From: an uncultured Gemmatimonadales bacterium
GTDB taxonomy: Bacteria > Gemmatimonadota > Gemmatimonadetes > Longimicrobiales > RSA9
NCBI GenBank assembly: GCA_963816355.1
Contig: CAWFKH010000005.1
Location: 160,001 to 224,000, forward strand
Length of the DNA: 64,000 nt
Direction: 5' to 3'
Part shown: positions 50,000 to 58,408 of the stretch, one piece after another
Numbering within the stretch: position 1 is the stretch's first letter
Layout: every line of letters begins with the position of its first letter
Made by a program: the position numbers and the translations under genes
The notes under the pieces: generated by a model
Told to the model about the DNA's origin: nothing
What the model saw: the letters and a program-made list of their open reading frames with translations, nothing else
The model's database searches: none

Positions 50000-50015
50000 T
50001 GCAATCGCCTTGCCA
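50000..50015 (-). promoter_or_regulatory. sigma54 promoter TGGCAA-N5-TTGCA upstream of the cytochrome c gene
   Basis: Near-perfect -24/-12 consensus 57 nt before the ATG. A sigma70-like TTGACG-N18-TATCTT lies just upstream (50025-50054). Confidence 0.65.
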
Positions 50016-50180
50016 GGGCGCGAGAAGATAGAGGAGCCTCGCGGGAAGCGTCAAGCAGTCGGCGCATCCGGTTTGGCGATCCGGCGCAAGCCACGGACGC
50101 ACGGGAGACTCCGGACCGCGTGGAGTGGACGCCGATCGCGAAAACGGGGCTCTCGCTGCCTCACGGGGGTTCGACCGGCC

Positions 50181-50444
50181 GGTCGGCGAGGCGCGGCGGC
50201 CGGGTCGGCGAGGCGCGGGGCGGGGGTCGGCGAGGCGCGGCGGCCGGGTCGGCGAGGCGCGGGGCGGGGGTCGGCGAGGCGCGGCGGCCGGGTCGGCGAG
50301 GCGCGGGGCGGGGGTCGGCGAGGCGCGGCGGCCGGGTCGGCGAGGCGCGGGGCGGGGGTCGGCGAGGCGCGGCGGCCGGGTCGGCGAGGCGCGGGGCGGG
50401 GGTCGGCGAGGCGCGGCGGCCGGGTCGGCGAGGCGCGGGGCGGG
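50181..50444. repeat. Perfect intergenic tandem array of 12 x 22-bp units in strict A/B alternation (6 x 44 bp)
   Basis: A=GGTCGGCGAGGCGCGGCGGCCG, B=GGTCGGCGAGGCGCGGGGCGGG. Confidence 0.95.
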
Positions 50445-50986
50445 CCGCTCGACGGCCCCGCCGCGGGGGGCGCGCGCGCCGCCCGCAATCGCCGTCAACT
50501 CAGCCCCGCCGGCCGCCAATTCCGGTCCGGGGCAGATCAGACCGCGTGAGGCGCGGTCGCGATGGCCCCGCGAGGGTGCGGCTTGGGGCGCGGGGCAGAG
50601 TTGACCGCGCTCGGGGCCGTCCAGTGTGCCCCACGCCGGGATGCGTCCGGCGACGGGGCGTTTTGACGTCCCCCGGCGCCGGCTCGACCCACACAGAACT
50701 GCGAGGCGGCCCAAAACAGGGCTCACCCGGGAGGAGTCTGCCGCCGAGGTCGTGTGCTCGCTCCCCGTGCTCGGTGAGCGTGCTTGTTTGCCGAAAGGGC
50801 ACGACTCAACGACCAAGCGCGCTCCCCGCGCTCGGTGGGTGAGCGGGCGGGCGTCCTGCGCGCGGGCATGCGGCGCATGCGGGGCGCGCGGAGCCGCGGG
50901 GCGCGCGGGGCCGCGGGGCGCGCGGAGCCGCGGGGCGCGGAGCGCGCGGGGCGCGGGCCCGCGGGAGGCGCTGGGCCTTGTGGGCG

Positions 50987-52021
50987 TCAGGAAGCCGGTG
51001 GCGGACGGACCGGTCGGCCGCACGCGATGCAGTAGCTCCAGCCGGGCTCGACCGGCTCACCGCAGGAGCCGCAGGGGCGGGTCCGCTGGTCCACGCCGCA
51101 GTGGGGGCAGTAGTGGACCGCGCGTGCGGCCGGCAGCCTTCCGCGGCAGGCGGGGCAGCTCGCGGCCGCGACCGCCGCGCGGCCGCCCTGCGAAACCCCA
51201 GGTCCGCCGGACGGCGTGATGCGGGGTCCGCGGGGCGGCGTGGGTCCGGCGATTTCCGGCAGCGCGGCGCGGGGTCCGCCCGGCAGCGCGGCGCGGGGTC
51301 CGCCCGGCAGCGCGGCGCGGGGTCCGCCCAGCGGCGCGGCGCGGGGTCCGCCCGGGGGCGCGGCGCGGGGTCCGCCCGGGGGCGCGGTGCGAGGGCCGTC
51401 GGGCGGTGCGGGACGGACGACGCCCGGGGGCGTGGCGCGAGAGGCGTCGGGTGCGGTGCCGGCGCCGGCCGGCACGCCGGCGCCAGAGGCGTCGGGTGCG
51501 GAGGCGGGCGGGCCGGCCGGGGTGCCGGGGTGCGGCGCCGGCGGTGAGGCCGGGCCGGGAGGGGGAAGCGCGTGAGGCGGCGCGACGTGCTCGGACGCCG
51601 GTGCGGGTGCGGGTGCGGTTGGCTCCTGCGCCGGCGCTGGCTCGCTCGCCGCTCGATCGGGCGTCGTCGCCGAGCTGACGCCGCCGCCCTCCCGCAGCGG
51701 GCGGATCCAGACATCGCACGCCGCGAACTTGCGGTAGAGTGTCACGTTGGGGCTGGGCGACTGCAGCTCGCGGCGGACCTCGTCGCGGGCCCCCTCGGGC
51801 TCGAGGCGCGCGCGGTCGTCGAGGCCGGAGAGGAGGCCGAGCAGCGCGTGCTCGTAGTCGGCGTTGAGGTCGACGCCGATCACCTCACGGGCGTTCCGGT
51901 ACGGCGCGAGGTCCTGGTAGATCTCGGCGACGGTGATCGGCTGGTCGAACGGGGTCGGACGGCTCCCTTCGAGCGCGCCGACGAGGAAGCGGTGCAGGCG
52001 CGCGACGACTTCACGATTCAT
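50987..52021 (-). CDS. Hypothetical protein with a Pro/Gly/Ala linker and a C-terminal double zinc ribbon
   Basis: CPAC, CPHCG, CGSCG, CIACG. N-terminal TVAEIYQDLAPY domain. Octapeptide PGGPRAA(L/P) repeats. Confidence 0.85.
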   Translation of the reverse strand: MNREVVARLHRFLVGALEGSRPTPFDQPITVAEIYQDLAPYRNAREVIGVDLNADYEHALLGLLSGLDDRARLEPEGARDEVRRELQSPSPNVTLYRKFAACDVWIRPLREGGGVSSATTPDRAASEPAPAQEPTAPAPAPASEHVAPPHALPPPGPASPPAPHPGTPAGPPASAPDASGAGVPAGAGTAPDASRATPPGVVRPAPPDGPRTAPPGGPRAAPPGGPRAAPLGGPRAALPGGPRAALPGGPRAALPEIAGPTPPRGPRITPSGGPGVSQGGRAAVAAASCPACRGRLPAARAVHYCPHCGVDQRTRPCGSCGEPVEPGWSYCIACGRPVRPPPAS

Positions 52022-52057
52022 TGCGGGGCGTTCCGTGGATGGGTGGGAGCGATCGCG

Positions 52058-53116
52058 TCACGGCTGTCCGAGCGTGGCGCGCACCTCGGCGGGCGCGTTC
52101 TGGAGGATCTCGGCCGAGCGCGGGTCGCCGGCGGCGCGGAGTGCCCGGATCAGCCCGATCCAGTTGAGGTTCGTCGACGGATCGAGCTCGAGTGCGCGTT
52201 GGTACTGCTCCGCCGCGGCGTCGTAGCGGTGGCGCTCGAAGAAGAAGTTGCCCAGCTCGCGGCGGACGTCAGCATCGTCCGGAGCGAGCGCAGCCGCGAT
52301 CCGGAGCTGACCCACGGCGTCGGCGTAGCGCTGCTGGCGGCGGAAGATGCGCGCGAGGTACAGCCGCGCCGTGATGTCGGTCGAGTCGTCCTGGACCGCG
52401 CGCTCGAACTGCTGCTCCGCAGCCGCCATCCGGCCGTCGGCGAAGGCGGCGATCCCGCGTTCCGTGGCGGATGAGCGGCGCGCGAGGAGGACCATCGCGA
52501 CAATGGCGATCAGGGCGACGGCGCCGAGAAGCCACAGGCCGCGCGCGCGTGTGCCGGCGCGCAGCGAGGCCGGAACGGCAGCGCCGCCCGCCGCGGCCGG
52601 CTCGCCCGCGGTGCCGGGTCCGGAGCCGCCCGCCGCGGTCGGCTCGGCGGAGGAGGTGGCGGCGGCCGCACCTCCGGGTCCGGCGGCCGCACCTCCGGAC
52701 CCGCCCGCCGCGGCCGGCGGCGCGGCGGCCGCGGCCCGCACGGCGTCACGCAGGCTGTGGACGGCGTGCAGGGCGGCGTCGGCGTCCGATGCCCGGACGT
52801 CGCCCGCGGCAGCGCGCTCGGCGGCGGCCCGGGTCTGGTGGATGGCGCCCGCGAGATCGATCGAGAGGAGATCACTGGAGCGAAGGGCGTCGACGACCTC
52901 GGCGGGCGGGAGCGCGTCGGGGGCGAGGGCGGAGAGGCGGAGCGCCTCGGGGGCGCGGACGTCGGCGCGCAGCAGCAGCCGGAGCGTGTGCTCGATGGCG
53001 GCCGCGACGGTCTGCAGGGCGGCGGCGAGCTCGTCCGTGCCGCGATAGCCGTGGAGGGTCCGGACCGCAGCCTCCGCCTCGTCGAGGGGGAGGAGCACCC
53101 GGGACGGATCGATCAT
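52058..53116 (-). CDS. Membrane-anchored TPR protein
   Basis: Single TM (LWLLGAVALIAIVAMVLL) followed by TPR-like helices. Confidence 0.82.
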   Translation of the reverse strand: MIDPSRVLLPLDEAEAAVRTLHGYRGTDELAAALQTVAAAIEHTLRLLLRADVRAPEALRLSALAPDALPPAEVVDALRSSDLLSIDLAGAIHQTRAAAERAAAGDVRASDADAALHAVHSLRDAVRAAAAAPPAAAGGSGGAAAGPGGAAAATSSAEPTAAGGSGPGTAGEPAAAGGAAVPASLRAGTRARGLWLLGAVALIAIVAMVLLARRSSATERGIAAFADGRMAAAEQQFERAVQDDSTDITARLYLARIFRRQQRYADAVGQLRIAAALAPDDADVRRELGNFFFERHRYDAAAEQYQRALELDPSTNLNWIGLIRALRAAGDPRSAEILQNAPAEVRATLGQP

Positions 53117-53120
53117 GCGG

Positions 53121-54200
53121 TCAGCGATCGATGCTCACGCGTCCGACGCGGGCGAGTCCGAGGAGAAACGCCTCCGGGTCGTCAGCGGGGATGCGGCGCG
53201 CGTCGGGCGGCGTCGCGGCACGCGCGAAGCGCCGCATGAATTCGGCGACGGTCTCGTCGGGGCGGCCGGCGGCGTCGCGCATCTGGCGCACGATGTCGAG
53301 CCACGTCCCGGCGAAGACGCGGCCGTCGTCGCCGCGCACCTGATGGAGGAGGTGGCGCGGCGGAGTGGCGTCGCCGGGATCGAAGAGCTCGAGCTGCGGC
53401 GGCTCGGAGGCTTCCTGCTCGATGCGCGCGAGCAGTTCCTCGGTGGGGTCGTCGTAGGCTTCGATCTCGTCGAGGCGATCGGCCCAGACGCGAATCTCGG
53501 AGGCGTCGTCGCTCCGCCCCTGGAGGGCGCGCTTGAGCTCGAGGATGCGCCAGAGTGCGACGGGATCCCAGTGCTCAGCGGGCGGCACCTTCTCGTACTG
53601 CCCGAGGGCGAGCTCCCATTCGCCGCGGTCGTAGTGGATGTGGCCGAGGTAGACGGCGGCCTCGTAGTGGCGAGCGTCGAGCTTGACGGCGCGGCGCAGG
53701 AGGCGGCGGGCGGCGCTGGTCTCGCCGAGGCGGTGGAGCGTGTAGCCGAGGGCGGCGGCGGCTTCGGCGCTGTCGGGCCGGATCGTCGCGGCTTCGGCGA
53801 AGGCCTCGCGGGCCTCTTCGAACAATTCCTCGCGGTAGAGCGCACGGCCGATGGAGAGGAGGAGCTCGAGGTCGTCGTCGGCGACGATGTCACGCACGTG
53901 CTGGAAGAGGACGAGCGCCTCATTGCGGCGGCCGATGCGGAGCAGCACCTCGCCGAGGCCGACCAGCGCGTCCTCGTGCTCCGCGTCGAGGACCAGCGAC
54001 TTCTCGAACGCTTCGCGCGCCCATGCGAACTCCTCGCGCGCGAGGCGGGCGTAGCCGAGGCCGACGAAGAGGTCGACGGAGTTGGGGTAGAGGCGGATCG
54101 CCTCCTTCAGCGTCTCCAGAGCGGCGTCGTACTCGCCCTTGTTGTAGAGCTGGTGGGCCCGCTCGTCGTACTCTTCCGCGCTGAGGAACGGAGTGGCCAT
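53121..54200 (-). CDS. TPR-repeat protein
   Basis: Multiple TPR motifs (ALETLKEAIRLYP, GLGYARL, GLGEVLL, YLGHIHY). Confidence 0.9.
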   Translation of the reverse strand: MATPFLSAEEYDERAHQLYNKGEYDAALETLKEAIRLYPNSVDLFVGLGYARLAREEFAWAREAFEKSLVLDAEHEDALVGLGEVLLRIGRRNEALVLFQHVRDIVADDDLELLLSIGRALYREELFEEAREAFAEAATIRPDSAEAAAALGYTLHRLGETSAARRLLRRAVKLDARHYEAAVYLGHIHYDRGEWELALGQYEKVPPAEHWDPVALWRILELKRALQGRSDDASEIRVWADRLDEIEAYDDPTEELLARIEQEASEPPQLELFDPGDATPPRHLLHQVRGDDGRVFAGTWLDIVRQMRDAAGRPDETVAEFMRRFARAATPPDARRIPADDPEAFLLGLARVGRVSIDR

Positions 54201-54320
54201 GAGGTCCGTGCCTCCTGACTGCGTTGTCGGGGTCGTCGGGGAGGGAGCCGGTGGATCGAGCCGGCTCGAAACAATGTAATGTCGGCATCGCGCGCGGGCT
54301 ACCCCGGGCGAGGCGCACCA

Positions 54321-56210
54321 CTAGTGCGGTGCGGGGGCGGGCGGCTTCGGCGGGTCGACGACGGGTCGGCCGAGCTTCGACCAGTCGACGGGTAGGCCGT
54401 GCTCGCCGCGCAGCCGCGGCGTGGCGTACATCTGGAACGGGTGTCCGTACTTGCGGTCGAGGTAGAAGTTGATCGCCTCGGCGACGGGGCCGGAGGCTTC
54501 GGTGCCGTGCTGGCCGTGCTCGAGGAAGCCGGCGACGACGATGTCGACCGGGCGGCCGGTGGGCCCGCCGAGGCCGACGAACCAGGCGTGGTCGGGGCCG
54601 GAAGGGGCCTGCGCGGTGCCGGTCTTGCCCATGATGTCCCAGTCAGGGAGGCGGCTGAGGTAGGCGGTGCCGCCGGGCGAGAGCACGCGTCGCATGCCGG
54701 CCTCGAGGTACCAGACGTCGCGGGCGTCGAGGTTGATATGGAAGGTGTCGGCGGGCGGTCTACCCATGGCGAGGCGCGGCGAGGGGACGCGGCCGTCGGG
54801 GCGTGAGATGGCGGCGTAGATCTCGGCCATGCGGAGCAGCGTCATCGTCTGCGGGCCCTGTCCGATGGAGAGCGCCATGATCTCGTTCTCGGCGGGCGTG
54901 TAGCCGAAGCGACGTCGCCAGAAGTCGAGGCCGTCGGGAAACGTGTTCGCGATCTCGTTCGGCAGGTCGATGCCGGTGCGCTGGGTGAAGCCGAAGCGGA
55001 GCCCGGTCTTGATGTAGCGCTCGAGACCGATCTTGATGCCGACCTGATAGAAGTAGACGTCGCAGGAGTTCTTGATGCCGCCGACGAGGTCCTGGTAGCC
55101 GTGCACGCCCCAGCAGCGGGCGTAGCGGCCGCCGTAGCTCATGCCGCCGGTGCAGGGGACGGGCATGTGGGCTTCGGGATCGAGGACGCCGAGGTCGAGC
55201 GCCATCGCGGCGACGGCGAGCTTCCAGGTGGATGCGGGCGGCTGCGCGGAGCCGCCGACGCGGTCGAGGAGCGGCTTGTTCGGATCGGTGTTGAGCTGCT
55301 TCCAGAGCGTGGCGCTGATGCCGCCGACGAACTGGTTCGGATCGTAGGAGGGGTGGCTGTAGTAGGCGAGGATCCCGCCGGTCTTGGGGTCGAGCGCGAC
55401 CATGCCGCCGTTGAGGTTCCGGGGGAAGATGGCGGCGATGTACTTCTGCAGGTCGAGGTCGAGGTAGAGCTGCAGGTCGTGGCCGGGGATCGGCGGCTCG
55501 CCCATCTCCTCGGGGAGCCAGCGCTTGATGCGGCCGGCCGCGTCGACTTCCAGGTAGCGGACGCCCGGCTCGCCGCCGAGGACGCGCTCGTACTGGCGCT
55601 CGAGGCCCGCCTTCCCGATCCAGCGACCCTGCTGATAGCCGGCGAAATCCGGCCGCTTCAGCTCCGCCTCGCTGATCTCGGAGACGTAGCCGATGAGGTG
55701 CGCGATGGCGCTCCCCGCCGGGTAGTGGCGCTTCGGGTATTCGTGGATGAGGACGCTGGGATAGAGGTAGCGGCGTTCCTCGATGCGGGCGACCACGCCG
55801 GGTGCGGCGTCGGAGAGCACCTCCATGGGGAAGGCGGGGGCGCGGCGGTAGCGGCGGAAGGCGGCCTCGACCTCGTCGTCGCTCATGGCGAGGAGCGGCT
55901 GCAGGCGCGCGATCTCAGCGCGCAGCGAGTCGATGGGGGCGGGCATGAGGAGGACGCGGTAGCCGACGACGTTCTCCGCGACGACGTCGCCATGGCGGTC
56001 GTATATGGTGCCGCGGGGCGCCCGCACGGTGATCGGGCGCATGCGGTTCTCCTTCGCCATGAGCGCGTAGCGGGCGGCGGAGGCGACCTGCACGTGGTAG
56101 AGGGTGTAGCCGAGGACGAGCACGAGGAGGGCGATGACGACGCGGGCCCACGTGCCGCGTCGCTTCCGCTGCGAGCGCGGCTGCTCCACCTTCGTCCTGC
56201 GATCGATCAT
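54321..56210 (-). CDS. mrdA: Penicillin-binding protein 2
   Basis: APRGTIYDRHG, GKAGLERQYE, SxxK (STWK), SCD, KTGTAQ. Confidence 0.93.
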   Translation of the reverse strand: MIDRRTKVEQPRSQRKRRGTWARVVIALLVLVLGYTLYHVQVASAARYALMAKENRMRPITVRAPRGTIYDRHGDVVAENVVGYRVLLMPAPIDSLRAEIARLQPLLAMSDDEVEAAFRRYRRAPAFPMEVLSDAAPGVVARIEERRYLYPSVLIHEYPKRHYPAGSAIAHLIGYVSEISEAELKRPDFAGYQQGRWIGKAGLERQYERVLGGEPGVRYLEVDAAGRIKRWLPEEMGEPPIPGHDLQLYLDLDLQKYIAAIFPRNLNGGMVALDPKTGGILAYYSHPSYDPNQFVGGISATLWKQLNTDPNKPLLDRVGGSAQPPASTWKLAVAAMALDLGVLDPEAHMPVPCTGGMSYGGRYARCWGVHGYQDLVGGIKNSCDVYFYQVGIKIGLERYIKTGLRFGFTQRTGIDLPNEIANTFPDGLDFWRRRFGYTPAENEIMALSIGQGPQTMTLLRMAEIYAAISRPDGRVPSPRLAMGRPPADTFHINLDARDVWYLEAGMRRVLSPGGTAYLSRLPDWDIMGKTGTAQAPSGPDHAWFVGLGGPTGRPVDIVVAGFLEHGQHGTEASGPVAEAINFYLDRKYGHPFQMYATPRLRGEHGLPVDWSKLGRPVVDPPKPPAPAPH

Positions 56211-56279
56211 GCGACTCCCCCCGCCGGCGTCGTGGCTTGATACGCGGCGGCAGGGGGCACGTTCCGGACCGTCGCGGTC

Positions 56280-56549
56280 TCAGGCGGCGTTTGCGTCCTC
56301 TTCCTCGGCCGGAATATCTTGGCGGCCGTGCGGGATGACGGGGGCGCAGAAGCGGAGGCCGATCTCGCGGAGCTGTGCGAGGTCCGTCTCGCCGAGACTC
56401 GGGTAGCGCTCGGCCATGAAGTCGATCGTCTCCCCCATCCACTCCTGCTTCTGCTCGTCGCTGGCGTCGAGAACCCCACAGCGGTGGATATGACTGAAGA
56501 GCTCGTCGCGAGCGCGTTCGAGCGCGGTCGTCTGATGGTTGCGCGCCAA
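56280..56549 (-). CDS. Small hypothetical protein
   Basis: GGAGG 5 nt before TTG 56549; LERARDELFSHIHRCGVL...ERYPSL...IGLRFC. Confidence 0.78.
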   Translation of the reverse strand: MARNHQTTALERARDELFSHIHRCGVLDASDEQKQEWMGETIDFMAERYPSLGETDLAQLREIGLRFCAPVIPHGRQDIPAEEEDANAA

Positions 56550-56660
56550 GGCAGCCTCCACATCGAGGGATGCGGCCGCGTCCGTCGCGGAGGGAGCCGT
56601 CGGACGGCGGCCATGTCATGGGTGGTTTGAGCGACCGGAATATACCTTCCCTCCCGTTGG

Positions 56661-58271
56661 ATGCAACCGCCGATGCCGAGCCTCGATCCGGTCCGCCTGG
56701 AGATCTATCGCCACCTCTTCACCGCGCTCGCGGAGGAGATGGGCGCGGCGCTCCGGCACTCCGCGTATTCGCCCAACATCAAGGAGCGCCGCGACTACTC
56801 GTGCGCGCTCTTCGACGCGTGGGGGCGGGTGGTCGCGATGGGCGACCACATGCCGGTCCACCTGGGCGCGATGCCGGCGAGCGTGGCGGCGGCGATGGCG
56901 GCGCTCGGGCCGCTGGAGCGGGGCGACGTCGTCGCCCTCAATGACCCGTTTCGCGGCGGCACGCACCTGCCGGACATCACGCTCGTCGCGCCGGTCTTCG
57001 TGCCCGGCGCGGAGGGCGGCGAGCCGCTCGCGCTGCTCGCGGCGCGGGCGCACCACGCGGACGTGGGCGGGATGGCGGCGGGCTCGATGCCTCTCGCGCG
57101 CGAGATCTATCAGGAGGGATTGCGGCTGCCGCCGGTGCGGCTGCTGTCGCGTGGCGAGCGCTGCGCGGACGTGTGGCGGATCCTGCTTGCGAACGTGCGC
57201 ACGCCGCGGGAGCGGCAGGGCGACCTGTCGGCGCAGCTCGCGGCGCTGAACGCCGGCGAGCGCCGCCTGCACGAGCTGGTCGCCCGCCACGGCGTGGCGG
57301 AAGTGGTCACGGCGATGGAGGCGCTGCTCGCCTACGCGGACCGCCTCGCGCGCGCGGGCGTGTCCCGAATCCCCGACGGGGCATACGTCGCCGAGGACGC
57401 GATCGAAGACGACGGCTTCGGCTCCGGTCCGCTGGCGATCCGCGTGACCGTACGCGTGCGCGGCGACGCGATCGAATTCGACTTCACCGGCACGGCGCCG
57501 CAGGCGGCGGGCGGCGTGAACGCGGTGGCGGCGATCACGACATCGTGCGTCCGCTACGCGGTGCGTTGCGTGGTGGAGGCGCTGATCGGGCAGGCGCTGC
57601 CGGCGGGGGGCGGCGAGATGTCGTGCCTGTCTCTCGTGTTGCCGCCGCGCACGCTCGTCGCCGCGGAGCCGCCCGCGAGCGTCGCGGCGGGGAATGTGGA
57701 GACGTCGCAGCGGATCACGGACGTCGTGCTGCTCGCGCTCGGAGAGGCGCTGCCGGAGCAGATCCCGGCGCAGTCGCAGGGGACGATGAACAACGTGACG
57801 ATCGGGGGCGTCGACCCGCGCAGCGGTGAGCCGTTCGCGTACTACGAGACGATCGCGGGCGGCCAGGGCGGCGGGGCACAGGGGCCGGGGCTGTCGGCCG
57901 TGCACGTGCACATGACCAATTCGCGGAACACGCCGGTGGAGGCGCTCGAGCACGCTTATCCGCTGCGTGTCGTGCGCTACGCGGTGCGGCGCGGCACCGG
58001 CGGCGCGGGGCGGCACGCGGGGGGCGACGGCGTGCGTCGCGACATCGAGCTGCTGAGCGACGCGACGGTGAGCCTGCTCACGGAGCGGCGCGTGCGGGCG
58101 CCGGCCGGCCGGGCAGGCGGGGCCGATGGCGCGCGCGGCGAGAACGTGCTGCTGCGGCACGGGAGCGAGGAGCCGCTCGCGGGCAAGGGCACGCTGCGCC
58201 TGGAGCGCGGCGCCGTGCTGAGCATCCGCACGCCGGGCGGGGGCGGCTGGGGCGAGGCGGAAGAGGGGTAG
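56661..58271 (+). CDS. Hydantoinase B / 5-oxoprolinase beta-type subunit
   Basis: SPNIKERRDYSCA, PVHLG, NDPFRGGTHLPD, HHADVGG, MTNSRNTPVE, TPGGGGWG. Confidence 0.94.
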   Translation: MQPPMPSLDPVRLEIYRHLFTALAEEMGAALRHSAYSPNIKERRDYSCALFDAWGRVVAMGDHMPVHLGAMPASVAAAMAALGPLERGDVVALNDPFRGGTHLPDITLVAPVFVPGAEGGEPLALLAARAHHADVGGMAAGSMPLAREIYQEGLRLPPVRLLSRGERCADVWRILLANVRTPRERQGDLSAQLAALNAGERRLHELVARHGVAEVVTAMEALLAYADRLARAGVSRIPDGAYVAEDAIEDDGFGSGPLAIRVTVRVRGDAIEFDFTGTAPQAAGGVNAVAAITTSCVRYAVRCVVEALIGQALPAGGGEMSCLSLVLPPRTLVAAEPPASVAAGNVETSQRITDVVLLALGEALPEQIPAQSQGTMNNVTIGGVDPRSGEPFAYYETIAGGQGGGAQGPGLSAVHVHMTNSRNTPVEALEHAYPLRVVRYAVRRGTGGAGRHAGGDGVRRDIELLSDATVSLLTERRVRAPAGRAGGADGARGENVLLRHGSEEPLAGKGTLRLERGAVLSIRTPGGGGWGEAEEG

Positions 58272-58408
58272 ACGCGCGGGACGCGTGCGGCGGCTCGCGG
58301 CTGCGCGGGCCGAGCCGTGTGGCGGATTTCCCTACGTGGTGCCAGATTGTCGCGATTCTCCCGACAATGCAACCCACACGAACCGTTCACCGCAACAAGG
58401 AAGGCACC

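Noticed and set aside
50181..50444. Possible CRISPR array
   Set aside because: The 'spacers' are only 6 bp and alternate between two sequences. There are no unique spacers and no cas genes, so this is a tandem repeat.
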